63,581 nucleotides of DNA, filler included, from Stramenopiles sp. TOSAG23-3 (GCA_900128585.1; 26 parts of 26 records of this genome joined end to end with filler, not necessarily neighbours in it); one strand, 5' to 3'. Shown: positions 31,663 through 43,826, numbered from the whole stretch's first letter. A program made the numbers and translations. The notes: a model not told the origin generated them from the letters alone.

Positions 31663-33183
31663 GTGGCGCTGCAAGCGAAAGAAAAACATCTTTTGGAAGG
31701 GAAGACCAAAACGAGCAACAAAGCTGCGCAGAAAAAATTGACGGATTTCGGGAGTTCCTCTGGGCCCGCCGCCGACGCTGGGTTTGAAGAAGAAGACGTG
31801 AACCAGACAGTGATGTGTTCGCATGGGAAATTGTCGTCAGAAAAATCTCAGTACAGTTATGTCCCACGTGGAGTCTGGAACTTGTTGACTGAAAGCTTCA
31901 AGAATTCCAAGGCTCTTAAATTCCCAGGAGACGTCTGCGAGTTCTGTGAAGTAGCATTGAAAAACGACAAAGCCGAAATTGATAAGCAGAAGGGCCACCA
32001 CCGTGCCCGTCTGAACGATTTGATGTTCCATAAAAATTTGTTAACGTTGAAGACAAGGAAAGCAGCAGGCGTGCCGCTACAAAAGAGGTCCGAGGGAACC
32101 ACCAAATTTCCTCTCCCGCCCGGGGTTTACCGTTTGCTTGACCGAAAATGGTTACAAGACTGGCGGGAATTTTGTCGACATTTTACAAGTGCAGAGCCGG
32201 GGGCTATGTCTGTGTTCCCTGGGCACTGCAAATGTGCCATGGGAAAAGCTTGCATTCCGTCATCGCTGGAGCGATGGATCCATTCAGCAAGTCCATCAGA
32301 GACCTATTTTCAGTTTTTGAATGCCAACCCTGGTCTATGTATGTCACCAACGGACCACGCAATAGAAATTATCACAGAGGATGAGTGGAAAGAGCTCAGC
32401 ATCTACTACGGCACTGAAGCGCAAACCATGCTCCCCGTGTCGTTTGTGGTCACAGCAGAAGAAGTAGGCCAATGGGCCCCAAACAAATGCGAAGCGTGCA
32501 CAAAAGAACAGTACACTGCAGAACGAGATGGGCGCTCCAAATACGAAAACCGTGAAATTGTTGTAATTAAATTGAAGGATGGCCAGCCCATACCAACCGG
32601 GGGTAGCACTGGAGCAGTGCCAGAGACTGGGAATCGAAGAAGTACTAGAAAGAGAAAGCTGGGGGATCGTCAGAATATTTTGGCATCCAGTTCTGATGCT
32701 ATTCTGATGTTCAAAATGAAACTGTTGGAGAAATTTGTCGAGTTAGACGACACAAATCTCGGGCTTATGCTTTTGTACAAAGCTGGAGTCAGGTTGAGCA
32801 ACGATTCTTCTTTGGAGGGAAGTTCGGTCAAAGTAGGAGATGTTCTGCACCTGAGAGTGTTGAAGAGTTTCTCAGATGAGCACGCGGAAGATATACCAAT
32901 CGCGGACGTCTTTTCGGATGTCAAAAAAGGCGGCCGTGTGCATGTGGAACGTGGATTCGCTGGTTCTGTCTTTCAAACGTCCCCTGTTGTGGATTTTTCT
33001 ACAGCCGAGAAAGAAAATGTGGAAGAGAAGTCTATCGACTTGACGGCCTCGCCTCGTAAACGCCAAAGGTTGGAGAGTAGGAATGCAGTGACAATATCTT
33101 TGACAGACGGCAAAGGGGAAGGCGGAGAGAGTGAGGCGGACGAGGTTGTCTGTTATAATAGTCAAAATAGTGAATGTTACTGA
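31663..33183 (+). CDS. USP48: USP48/UBP26-like deubiquitinase, C-terminal part (DUSP + ubiquitin-like), 5' partial
   Basis: CSHGKL; LLDRKWLQDWREF; IITEDEWKEL; CEAC; RRSTRKRK; a ubiquitin-like region; and VERGFAGS near the end. Confidence 0.78.
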   Translation: MALQAKEKHLLEGKTKTSNKAAQKKLTDFGSSSGPAADAGFEEEDVNQTVMCSHGKLSSEKSQYSYVPRGVWNLLTESFKNSKALKFPGDVCEFCEVALKNDKAEIDKQKGHHRARLNDLMFHKNLLTLKTRKAAGVPLQKRSEGTTKFPLPPGVYRLLDRKWLQDWREFCRHFTSAEPGAMSVFPGHCKCAMGKACIPSSLERWIHSASPSETYFQFLNANPGLCMSPTDHAIEIITEDEWKELSIYYGTEAQTMLPVSFVVTAEEVGQWAPNKCEACTKEQYTAERDGRSKYENREIVVIKLKDGQPIPTGGSTGAVPETGNRRSTRKRKLGDRQNILASSSDAILMFKMKLLEKFVELDDTNLGLMLLYKAGVRLSNDSSLEGSSVKVGDVLHLRVLKSFSDEHAEDIPIADVFSDVKKGGRVHVERGFAGSVFQTSPVVDFSTAEKENVEEKSIDLTASPRKRQRLESRNAVTISLTDGKGEGGESEADEVVCYNSQNSECY

Positions 33184-33220
33184 AACATAATCGTAAGCCG
33201 TATGATTTTTAATGAACAAC

Positions 33221-33352
33221 TAATTAATGACAGCCAATTTTCTTGTTTTTAATGACTTGGAAAATCGTACAAAGATTGAGTCACCTATGAGTGAGATATC
33301 GGATGAGGAAGTTGATTACGGTTCATTTGACAGCATTGCTAATCCAGCTACC
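33221..33352. repeat. Motif A plus inverted module C at contig end
   Basis: acagccaattttcttgttttt is identical to 57-77. tgagtcacctatgagtgagatatcggatgaggaagttgattacggttca...gctaatcca aligns with the reverse complement of 29873-29947. Confidence 0.87.
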
Positions 33353-33452
33353 NNNNNNNNNNNNNNNNNNNNNNNNNNNNNNNNNNNNNNNNNNNNTTAA
33401 TTAATTAANNNNNNNNNNNNNNNNNNNNNNNNNNNNNNNNNNNNNNNNNNNN

Positions 33453-34679
33453 CCATTTTGTTCGAGGACATCCAGTACAGCCAACCCTGCGGCACATGCA
33501 ACTGGGTTGCCCCCAAAAGTATTGAAATATTCCAGGCCGTTCGTGAATTTTTGGGCAATGGCCTTGGTGGTTACAACTGCTGCAAGCGGAAAGCCATTCC
33601 CAAACGGTTTGCCCATGGTAACAATATCAGGAATCACGTCTTGTTGTTCAAACCCCCAGAATGATTCACCAAACCGCCCAAAGCCCGTCTGCACCTCGTC
33701 GGCAACACACACACCGCCAGCCTCGCGAACGTGCCTGTACGCCGATTTGAGATAGTTTCTTGGAGGCAAGATTACACCCGCGACACTCATACCACTTTCA
33801 ACAAAGAAAGCTGCAACTCCCCCGCGACCGGCAGAGGACTTTCGGCACGCAGCTTTTACTTCCAGTGCAAAGTGTTCTCCTACTCCGTTCTGCGGTATAT
33901 TCTCGCGGTAGCAGTCTGGGCACTTAACTTTGTGAACCCATGACTTTTTGTACCTCTCCCCACCTTTGTGCTCAAACTTGTATGGACTTAGACTAAGGGT
34001 GGCGATGGTGTTCCCATGGTACGCCCGGTCTAGAACAATGGCATCTTCGTTCCCCGAATACTCCCTGGTGGTGCAAAAAGCGCAATCGTGTGATTAATGT
34101 TAGAACACGTTTGTTTTTCGAAAGGATAAGTTGAAGTTATTGCTGCGACAAGAAAACAAAGCACGAGAATACTTACCGAGCCAAACGAAGGGCTAAATCG
34201 TTCGCTTCACTGCCACTGTTAACAAAAAAAACAACGCTCAGACGTTCTGGGAAATACTTCAGTAACCGTTCTGCCAAACGGGTTCTCTTTGGGTGTATAT
34301 ACCTCGTGTTTGCATTGCAGAGGGAGACTTGCTCCTGAATAGCCGATACAACATGTGGGTGCTGCCACCCAACGTGTCCTACATTGTTTCTGGTGTCTAA
34401 AAACCGATTCCCCCTTTCGTCAAAAATGTACTGCATGGAGGCCTTTAGGGCCATCAATGGCTCCGTATTCTTATAAGAAATAGATTGGGCATCGCAGAAA
34501 TATTTTGATCTGAGCGATAGCGTGTGGTCTTTTGACGAATCATGTTTAACAGTGCTATAAAATATGCGCGCAAACGCTTTTTTCAAAGTCCCTATGTTTG
34601 CACCGATAACAACGCCTGCAAACGCCGCGCAAAGGATACTACTCGGTGCGACTGAGTTGGTAAAATTGTTCTGGCTCAT
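33453..34679 (-). CDS. Class III aminotransferase (ETNPPL/PHYKPL, AGXT2L family), 3' partial; intron 34176-34065
   Basis: [29 protein letters not shown]; a 112-nt GTAAGT..CAG intron; then [31 protein letters not shown] and [10 protein letters not shown]. Confidence 0.92.
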
Positions 34680-35241
34680 TTTGTTGTGGTTTCCCTCCCA
34701 CCTCTGATTTCACTGTGTGGTTGTGACCGAATCAAGTATTTCCTTCAAACTCTTTGATCAATTGTGCGAAACATATCTTTAATATGAACTTTCGTGTCTG
34801 TCTTTATTATATTTCTTAAATACCAGCCTATTTCTGTTTTTTGTTGTTGTTGATGATGATTTTTTTATTTTTTATTATATTATTTTTTAATTATTATATT
34901 TTATTACCACCAGGTATTATTAATACTGTATAATGTAGTCTAATATGGCATGGCACTCACTGTCGGATAGATGTTCCTCCTTTTTTATTAATTACTTCAA
35001 CAACTACTTTTTATGATATGGCACTATGTGGATATAGATATAGGTAAAATAAAATATCTCTTTCATTCCTTCCTTCATTGGATTTTCTCTTTTCTCAATT
35101 TCTCATTAAATCTGGTTACAAAATTTTGTTTGGCGATATTANNNNNNNNNNNNNNNNNNNNNNNNNNNNNNNNNNNNNNNNNNNNTTAATTAATTAANNN
35201 NNNNNNNNNNNNNNNNNNNNNNNNNNNNNNNNNNNNNNNNN

Positions 35242-35312
<71 letters not shown>

Positions 35313-35321
35313 TCGACTCTC

Positions 35322-35356
<35 letters not shown>

Positions 35357-35585
35357 CTCTTTGTTTCTTTCTTTCTCTTTCTCCTTATGCTTATATGATA
35401 TATATGATGATGATGATGGCCTCACAACCTCTCTTCTTTTCTCTTTCCCTTTATTTAGTTAGGGTGGAATGGATTTAATTATATAACACAGCAGGAGTAG
35501 ATTATTAAGAAGAGGAAGAAAGAAAGAGGAAGAAAGAAAGAGAAAGAAAGAGAAAGAAAGAGAAAGAAAGAAAGAGAAAGAAAGA
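35242..35585. repeat. (TTTC)n and (AGAAAGAA)n simple repeats
   Basis: Directly visible at about 35242-35360 and 35509-35585. Confidence 0.9.
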
Positions 35586-36155
35586 GTATAATAAGTTAAT
35601 TTGATAAATATACAGTTGTTGTTGTTATTTGCTATATTTATAATAGAGAATTAAGAAGAAGAAGGAAGAAGATATATAATAAAATAATAAAATATTAACT
35701 CTTCTTATTTATCATACATTTCTACAAGTTACACAAAACAAACCATTTCTTAACAATCGAACGAACGAAAGAGGGAGAAAAAGAAACTATCGATTCATAC
35801 ACACTAAACACACAAACAAACAAACAAACAGATATATATATACATTTAAATACATATTTCAAGACACATATAGAACAGTATTCGCTTGGACGCACGCTAT
35901 TGCTTTAGTTTAGTTGTTTGCCAACCGCGACGAACGTACGCTTTCACCCCCCCCCCTCCCTTTTTTGTTTTGGGAAAGCGCAAGCAATCGAACCGAACCA
36001 AGCCCAGTGTTATTTAATTTTTTTTCTCTCAACGTGAACAGAAAGAACCAAGCGAGAACGACGACGACGACGAACAACACCACCACCGCTCGCCTTGTTT
36101 TTTTTTGTACCCTCCCCCGAACGCATCCTCCCCCGTCTCCAAGAGAACCGTCACG

Positions 36156-36930
36156 ATGAACGTCGACTCCTTGCGCGCCAAATACTTCCCAAAGGTGCTG
36201 GAGCTGGTCAAGAAAAACGAGATGATGGCGAACCAAATATTTGCCAGGCTAGAAAACCGCCCGGACGCCCTCGCCGTCCTCGCGGACCCCGCAGCGCTCA
36301 AGGCGGCCGTCAAGCAGTACGCTGCCAAGGGCAGCGGGGACCGCCGCCAGCAACTCTACCAGAACGTCCTGCACTGCGCGCGCAATGTGTGCCAGGACGA
36401 GGCCGTCGCGGGCGCGGTGGCTAAGGCCTTGTGCGCGGGAAAGACCGAGATCAACCTGGAGGGCATGCTCGCAGCAATGCCCATGCTTCAGCAAAACATC
36501 GTCGAGGGGTACAAGGCCGAGGTCTCCGAGGCCGTGCGGGCAAAGGTCGTCGGGCTCAGCAACGACCACAAGGGCCAAGTGCACTTCAAGAAGATCATGG
36601 AGCTCCCCTTCGAGGAGCTGCGCACTCTCACGGCGGACGACGGAAAGCTCAAGGCCAAGATTGCCAGCTACGACCGCCTCGAATCCTCGATCAAGACGCA
36701 AGCGTGGGTGCCGAAGTTCCCCATGCAGAACGCCCAGCCCTCCAACCGCATGCCCATGGGGATGCCCCCGCAGGGCGCCGTCATGTCCCAGCAGATGGGG
36801 CACCGCGGCGGCCAAATGACGCCGCAGCAGCTCCAGCAGCAGCAGCACTACCTCATGATGCAGCAGAGGCAGCAGCAGCAGAACTTCTTTCGAATGCAGC
36901 AGATGGCCCAGCAGGGCAACGCCCGGGGGG
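36156..36930 (+). CDS. Helical-repeat protein (possibly degenerate MLLE/PABC) with Q/M-rich tail, 3' partial
   Basis: ATG at 36156 with strongly G/C-ending codons; three helical units of about 55 aa, then a QQQ/M/G-rich region. Confidence 0.6.
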
Positions 36931-37030
36931 NNNNNNNNNNNNNNNNNNNNNNNNNNNNNNNNNNNNNNNNNNNNTTAATTAATTAANNNNNNNNNNNNNN
37001 NNNNNNNNNNNNNNNNNNNNNNNNNNNNNN

Positions 37031-37990
37031 AGGCAGGAGTGGGTCGTCTCAAGCTACTCCATGTACCAGTGCGGCGCAATCACCAACTCGACACTCGTGT
37101 ATGACCCTACCGCAAACTCTTACTCCGTTGCCCCAGACATGCCACGGCCCAGGTACCGCCACTCTGCTGTTGCCGTTGGCAACTCGATGTACGTTTTGGG
37201 CGGCACGAATTTGAACGAAGAGCACATCACGGAGGTCGACGTGTTCGACACGGAGACGGCGACATGGTCTACCCTGACAGGTGCCCCGCTCGCTTCCAGT
37301 ACGACCGATGGCGCCGCGTTTGCCGTAGAGGCAAAAATATACTTCACCGGCGGTTACAACCTACCAAACTACGACTCTTCAAACAGAACGTTCTGCCTGG
37401 ACACGGCCAACCTCGCTGGGGGGTGGCAGGAAGTGAAGGACGCGCTGGAACAGCGTGGCGACCACGCCGCGGTGACCATCAAAGGAAAAGGGTACGTATT
37501 CGGTGGTTTCACCCACACAAACAACTGGGAAAACCCATTGTCCACCCTTGAGTCCTACGACCCGACGTCGAACACGTGGTCCAAGCTCAAGTCAATGCCC
37601 ACCATACGGGGGGACAAGGCAGGCGCCGTTCTGAACAGCAGGTTCCAAGTGATTGGGGGCGAGACCAAAGATTCTCAGGGAAACTCCGTCCCTGTCGCAG
37701 ACGTGGAAGTGTTCGACCCTGCGCTTAATGTGTGGGTCGACGAAGGCAAGATTCCAAGCAAGCGGTTTCGCTTCGTTGCTGCAGCCCACGGGGACTCGGT
37801 CTACATATTCGGGGGACAAGGATACCTCGTCGGCACCGCCAAAACGGTGGGATCGTACTATCCCCTGGTGGACACCGTGGAAGCGTTTCAAGAGACGAGA
37901 ACGGAAATTGTGAGCGGAGAGGCGCTTACGAGACCGTTCACCCACGCCGTTCTCGCAGCGATCTGGGCCATCACAGCCGTATTGATGTAA
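37031..37990 (+). CDS. Kelch-repeat protein with hydrophobic C-terminus (possible GPI signal), 5' partial
   Basis: Repeated Kelch motifs MYVLGG, IYFTGG, YVFGG, QVIGG and YIFGG, with YDP/FDP...W; tail AVLAAIWAITAVLM. Confidence 0.9.
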   Translation, partial: RQEWVVSSYSMYQCGAITNSTLVYDPTANSYSVAPDMPRPRYRHSAVAVGNSMYVLGGTNLNEEHITEVDVFDTETATWSTLTGAPLASSTTDGAAFAVEAKIYFTGGYNLPNYDSSNRTFCLDTANLAGGWQEVKDALEQRGDHAAVTIKGKGYVFGGFTHTNNWENPLSTLESYDPTSNTWSKLKSMPTIRGDKAGAVLNSRFQVIGGETKDSQGNSVPVADVEVFDPALNVWVDEGKIPSKRFRFVAAAHGDSVYIFGGQGYLVGTAKTVGSYYPLVDTVEAFQETRTEIVSGEALTRPFTHAVLAAIWAITAVLM

Positions 37991-38246
37991 GCACGGCGCG
38001 CAGAACGCCCGGAGCTGAAATGTGCCGCCTTTGCACAGTCGTGCAGTCCTGGCACCTGCTGGAAAGTAAAAATGCGTGTTAACACGTTTACATCATTTAA
38101 TTTACGACCGTAAACCTCAAAAACAACACATTTTTCACCAGAGCATTAAAATGTTAATATCATGATTCACCGAACATACTATATAATAATTTGTTTTTTT
38201 TCATGATTCACCACTTTTTTATTTAAAAATACTCTCTCGGTACTCT

Positions 38247-38718
38247 TTAGCGCAACACTGCATTTTTCCAGGTCAGGGCCCTCTCCTTTACTTCACTTTC
38301 GTCCTCGCTACTGTTGTACTTGTCCTTCAAGCGTTTCCTTTCCACCCGCTTGCGGTAAAGTTTCTGTTTGCGCTTTTTCTCTCGCGTTTCGTCGGCATGG
38401 ACCCAATCATCAAGTTTCGGAACCTCGACCCCGTCTCCCCACCCCAACTTGTTCTGGGCATGGCAATCGGCATGGTCCAACGGTTTAGAAGAACGGTCCC
38501 TTTTCCTGTTTCGCTTTTGGGCTTCTTTGTTTCTCATTTCGGCCTGCAGGCTGAACCATTCCATTTTACGGACAAAGTCTTGGTCATCGTACTTTTTGTA
38601 CGGCTGCTTCAACTCCGCTTTGTGCGTCACTCTTAGGCGTTGGAACCCTTTGCTATCGTTGCGCACGTGCGTGCACGTCAGGACTTCCAAGCCTTGGCCG
38701 TAGGGGTCGAGCACCAGC
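38247..38718 (-). CDS. Hypothetical protein, basic C-terminal fragment (5' partial)
   Basis: Open from the contig edge to TAA, followed by an AT-rich spacer; convergent with the Kelch gene. Confidence 0.6.
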
Positions 38719-38818
38719 NNNNNNNNNNNNNNNNNNNNNNNNNNNNNNNNNNNNNNNNNNNNTTAATTAATTAANNNNNNNNNNNNNNNNNNNNNNNNNN
38801 NNNNNNNNNNNNNNNNNN

Positions 38819-39496
38819 CTGTACTACGTTTCGTCGAAAAAGCTCGACCAGTCCGCAAGGGAGAGGTTCGAAGGGTATTCACGAACATGTCACAACGCGT
38901 TGCTGCTCCATAGCGGACAGTGCATCTACGAGACGAGCACGTATTTGTTTCAAAAAAAAGGCCTAGAGTTTTACCTTCATCATGTACTGGTACTGGTGAA
39001 TTACTTTGATGTCTTGAGGACGGGGACCATGCAGTATTTTGCAGCGAAAGATGGAATTGTGGAAGGCACAAACGTCCCCCTTTGCATGGTTACGTTACTG
39101 CGATTGTTTGGAAAGTCCGACCACCCCCTCTACGCTGCGAACGGTTTAGGATTATGGGTATTATTTCTCGCGCTTCGAATAATCAACTTGCCCCTGGTGA
39201 TTAAGCAGTGGAGAGAAGACTTGTCGTCCAAAGAGGGGAAGGATTGCTGGGAGAGGAACTCCACCCTTGCAAAGTATACTGCCATGCCCACGACGGCGAT
39301 CTTGTGGCTACTCAGCTTAGCATGGATGATTCCCATCACCTCGGGCCTGCTGAAAACGATCCGACCGTATCTGTCGTACATGAAGTGGTCCCCGGAGGCA
39401 GCTTCTGGGGTTGCCTGCATGCTCCATCTTGGAAAGTCCACTCAACCAGACTCAAAATTGGAAAACAAACAGATGTTAGAACAGTGCGAATTATGA
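38819..39496 (+). CDS. TLC (TRAM/LAG1/CLN8) domain membrane protein, 5' partial
   Basis: FYLHHVLV, EGTNVPL, NGLGLWVLFLALRI and LSLAWMIPI. Confidence 0.82.
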   Translation: MYYVSSKKLDQSARERFEGYSRTCHNALLLHSGQCIYETSTYLFQKKGLEFYLHHVLVLVNYFDVLRTGTMQYFAAKDGIVEGTNVPLCMVTLLRLFGKSDHPLYAANGLGLWVLFLALRIINLPLVIKQWREDLSSKEGKDCWERNSTLAKYTAMPTTAILWLLSLAWMIPITSGLLKTIRPYLSYMKWSPEAASGVACMLHLGKSTQPDSKLENKQMLEQCEL

Positions 39497-40604
39497 AAAA
39501 AATGCAAATTGCAGAGAATGAGCACAGGAACGCCCCCCCCCCGACTGATCGGGAATGATTGGCTAACATAGGATGAGGGAAATACATAAGTACTGTATGC
39601 ATATTTGCCCAAGGATAATTTTGCCAGACCGAGTCGTTTAACTGGCCACTTCTGTTGTAACTTCCCGTGTGATACATAAACAGGGAACGTCTGCTTGCCC
39701 CGCCAGCTTGTGGCCTTGTTGCTGTTGGTGTTAATGTACTTTAGCTAACGTGTTATCTATGTTTTGAAATATGATGATGCAAACCAAATTCAATAGTCGT
39801 TTAGATTCACCCAACGGAAGTTTATCAAAGTCTGATGATGAACTTGAAAATCATATCGATCTGAAGAAGTACAAGTATATATATATAAATTACAAGTATT
39901 TTATTTACCCCCTCCCCGACCCTCCCTTCATTCATTGACCTCCGACGCTGCAAAAGGCCTTGCCTGCTGAAGGAAGGCTGAAGGCCTACATTTTTTTATA
40001 TTTTAGTATTATACCACTTTGGAAAACCATTCTCTATGCTATAACTATATATATAAAAATCCATAAATAATTCTATCCTGAAATTAAATTTTATTTAATA
40101 CCCTACTACTACCCTGAATTATTCCAACAAATCTGAACGTTTGAACTAACACTGCTGTCTTTTCATTTTTTCAAACAAATATAGATGGTATTCCTATGTA
40201 ATATATTGAGATTTGTGAATGGACGGACCCACCGCCATCTTCTACTACGCCAATTGTGACGGACCGACCCACCAACCAACAAAAAAAGGGCAAGCAAGGC
40301 ACCGTCGGTCGTGATCAAACCCATTTCGTAGGATTTAAAATGTTTACAAGTTACGATTGAATTTGTCACAAGTTAAGAAGAAAAAGACAAAGGACGATCA
40401 AAAAGAAGAACGAATAATGGTAAGGAGCGAAATAAGTAACGAAGTTATCAATCGTTAAAAATAGAATAGTTCTCTTTGAAGTTGAAGTGTTCGTCGATTT
40501 CATTNNNNNNNNNNNNNNNNNNNNNNNNNNNNNNNNNNNNNNNNNNNNTTAATTAATTAANNNNNNNNNNNNNNNNNNNNNNNNNNNNNNNNNNNNNNNN
40601 NNNN

Positions 40605-42290
40605 GGGCACTGCCCAGATGGTCGAAGAGTTCTGTGTACAGCAAATACCCATTCAAACAGTGCGGGCATTGAAACTTTGGCATAGTAGGGGAGTTGCCGC
40701 TTCCACGAATGTCTCTCAAGTACCGCCGCTTCAAGGCTGAAAAAATCTTGTGGTCAACTTTCACCCTGGCCGCATTTCTGTACATTTGGCCCGTGAAGCC
40801 TCTCCACTTCAACTGTCCCCTCAGACCAAAGCCCATCTTCTTTGGCAGTAAGTCGAACGATTTAAGGCCGGCGATGAATTCTTTAAATGAGATAGCATCT
40901 TGCGAGATAAAGTTGCACCGGTTTACAAATACTTCGTACCGGACCTTGGACATTTTTTTAATCCCACATTCTTTCAATACAAAGGGAAGAGAGGACAAGG
41001 GGACCACCTCAAAGGCCTGGTCAAAGTCCGGGTCCACGTACCGCGGGTCCATGCAAAAGGACGAGAATATGGCATGGTACACCGACTCTACATTCTTCTC
41101 CTTCCCGCGAGATCGCACCGTGGACATTGCCTCCCGATGGTTCGACTTTACTTCGCCCTTCGTCGCGTTGTAATAACCTTTGCAACGGCGGCGTTCCTTT
41201 CTAATTTGCAGATGAACGCTCTTCATCCTGCGGTCCATTTCTTCCTGCTCTATGCTGCGCCGCAAGACTTCTTGGTGAACCAGTGCCTTTCGGTACGATG
41301 CAGTAGACCGCCTGCTGCGAATGCCACGGTAGCGGGCTTGTACGAATTTCGCAACTTTGTGTTTGCTGTGCAAGGCGTACCATATGTTCCACCCCGGAAG
41401 CAATCGCGAGGACTTCATCCTGGCCGCAAACTGCTTCAGTTTCCGCCGCCTCTCCTTTTTGACCTTTACCATGTACTGCTTGAAGCGAAGAAACGTCGTC
41501 TCCTTCAATTGCAAGAAGTGGCGCCGGAGCATTTGCTTCACCCTGCGCGATCTCACCGCCAAGATGTGCCACGAATTGAAGGCGGGCCAGGCTCGTCGCA
41601 TTTGCATCCTTCGAACAGTCCGCTTGACGACGGCTTTTTTATGTGAAAATTTGAACCAAACCTTCATTATATTCCCCAAAATGAATTGGTTTCGTTCCCA
41701 TACGACTGAACTTCTAAACACGGCGTATGCATACCGTCGTTTCTTCCTCATTAGTACGGTAAACCTTTGCCAAGGTTTGAAACGATCTAGAAGGTTCAAT
41801 CTTCTGGACCTGTTCCTTATACGTTTGTACGCAATGATGGTGCACGTCGTTTGGCGCCAGGATTGAATCATTTCGGTCAACCTTTCGTCTATATTTTTCC
41901 CCATCATTCTTCTCACGCATGCTCTTTGGTGCGCTCGCACCCGCCAAGCTTTGAACAGTTCCTGCGCCAGCACCTTTGCCCATGCCAAAAGACGGGCATC
42001 ACGCATCTCTGCCATTCTTTCTGCAAACCGAGGAAGGGTCAGGGCGGCAAACTCCATCCGCTCCTTGTGCAGCTTTTCTTTCTGCAGTTTTTTTCTCTTT
42101 CGCCGTTCCCAAGCTTTCGCGGCTGCGCTCAGCTGGGCGGGGCCAAACAAAAACGCCCCGACGTCATCTTTAATCGCCCCCAACATGCTCGTGGACTTCA
42201 CCAAGCGTGGCTGTGTAAAATCATGGGCTTTTCTCCAATCAGGCAAACGCTTTTTTCTGTACTTGTACTGCGACGGCAAAGTGATGGTGT
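40605..42290 (-). CDS. Sfi1-like Trp-repeat/IQ protein with degenerate EF-hand region, partial
   Basis: Periodic basic helices ending in W (LFKAWR, MIQSWR, FKPWQ, MKVWF, AFNSWH, LPGWN); IQ-like FVQARYRGIRSR; ISFKEFI; CPHC...H. Confidence 0.65.
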
Positions 42291-42407
42291 NNNNNNNNNN
42301 NNNNNNNNNNNNNNNNNNNNNNNNNNNNNNNNNNTTAATTAATTAANNNNNNNNNNNNNNNNNNNNNNNNNNNNNNNNNNNNNNNNNNNNCCCCCCTCCC
42401 ACACGGT

Positions 42408-43826
42408 TCACCTTGCGAACGACGGTTTTAAAATACTTAGTGGCACAAAAGGGGTCCTTCGCAGAGAGTCGATAACTTGGTCTTGAACGTCTTCTTGCAA
42501 ATGTTGGCATCTCTCGTTTTTTTCCATTTTCTTGTCTGCGTCTCTGTTGCAGACGTACATACTTCGTGTGGTCCCGCTCATCTCGAACAAATGGTGTGGT
42601 TTCAAACCGAGGGCGTCTCGGCTATCAGTCATCGCACCGCTCCTTACCAGCATTTCAGCAATTACCATGTCGTTCATTTCATACGCCCACCATAGTGCAC
42701 CCCTGCCATCGGCAGACCGAAGGGTGAGCAGCATCTTGTCGGTCTCCCCGATTTCTTCTTGCAACAGCAGCTTCGACAGACGGGCAACGTTTTTCGTTGC
42801 GATATAAGAGTACACGCGGGCAGAAAAATCAGAATCTTCCCACGCAGCAGGAAAGTGAGAAACGTACTGCCACAAAGTAGCCTCTGCGGTGTTGAGCACA
42901 AAGTCAAAGCCGTTGTTACACTCGGTCCCCTCAAACGGAAGATCAGGCAGGGCAGAGCCTTCGAACGGCTGGTACTGGGCGCTTTCTCGTGATGCCTCCT
43001 TACCCGTAGATTTCTGTTGTCCGTACTCCCTCGAAAAGTAAGACACGTTCCGGTAGACAATTCCATTGCTCGATGTTCTGTTGAACGATTCCGTAAACGC
43101 CACCAACAGATCTAAAAAGTCGTCCACTGGACGGACAAGACCCTCTTCACTGCCCGATGCAGAGGCCTCGGGCACAATCGTGCCCTCTTCAAGCCCCGTA
43201 AACATGAGCATTCGTTTCCGCAACGAGCTTTCGCTATGAGCGCCTCGAAGCAGCGCTTTCATTCGCTTGCCAAGTTCGAACTGCATTGCAAATTTTACAT
43301 AGCAGAGTCCGGGAAATTCGACAGGGTCCCAGCACCAGCTGGACGAAGGCTCCATCAACAGGCCAATGTATTGATACGAAAGGACCGGAATTTTCTTGGA
43401 GGAACGAACACAAAGGCTTATTCCGTTAACTTCTAGCAATAACCTCGCCACACGCACAAATGTTTGCTGTTGGGAAATGCACGCGTCCACAGGAAATTCC
43501 CACTGGGTGCTCCCGCTGTCATCGTTGTGGTAGTACATCACCCTACGCTCGCTGTCGAAATACTCCGTCCACCCTGCGCCAAGGTCCCTCGCGACGGCGC
43601 ACCCGGCCATTTGGTTAGTCCCGATTTCGCCGTCCTCCTCCTCCTCCTCCTCCTCCTCCTCCTCATCGCCGTCGATATCGGTTTCAAACCGTTCGTTTCC
43701 TGCATTTTCACCAAATTTTATTCCACATACCACACCGCGGTTTGACGAACGGCGAGTGCCAAAAATTGCAAAAATTAAGCACAGGGCAAAAAACAGAAAC
43801 TTTGTTGGTCCAGTCCGACTGGGCAT
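42408..43826 (-). CDS. Protein with N-terminal signal/TM segment, WW domain and ankyrin repeat
   Basis: WW domain LGAGWTEYFDSERRVMYYHNDDSGSTQWEFP; ankyrin DGRGALWWAYE...LVRSGAMTDSRDALG; poly-E tract. Confidence 0.8.
   Translation of the reverse strand: MPSRTGPTKFLFFALCLIFAIFGTRRSSNRGVVCGIKFGENAGNERFETDIDGDEEEEEEEEEEDGEIGTNQMAGCAVARDLGAGWTEYFDSERRVMYYHNDDSGSTQWEFPVDACISQQQTFVRVARLLLEVNGISLCVRSSKKIPVLSYQYIGLLMEPSSSWCWDPVEFPGLCYVKFAMQFELGKRMKALLRGAHSESSLRKRMLMFTGLEEGTIVPEASASGSEEGLVRPVDDFLDLLVAFTESFNRTSSNGIVYRNVSYFSREYGQQKSTGKEASRESAQYQPFEGSALPDLPFEGTECNNGFDFVLNTAEATLWQYVSHFPAAWEDSDFSARVYSYIATKNVARLSKLLLQEEIGETDKMLLTLRSADGRGALWWAYEMNDMVIAEMLVRSGAMTDSRDALGLKPHHLFEMSGTTRSMYVCNRDADKKMEKNERCQHLQEDVQDQVIDSLRRTPFVPLSILKPSFAR

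Noticed and set aside
35186-35425. KKER-repeat ORF and other ORFs ending X...LIN
   Set aside because: Produced by the (TTTC)n repeat and by read-through into the linker.
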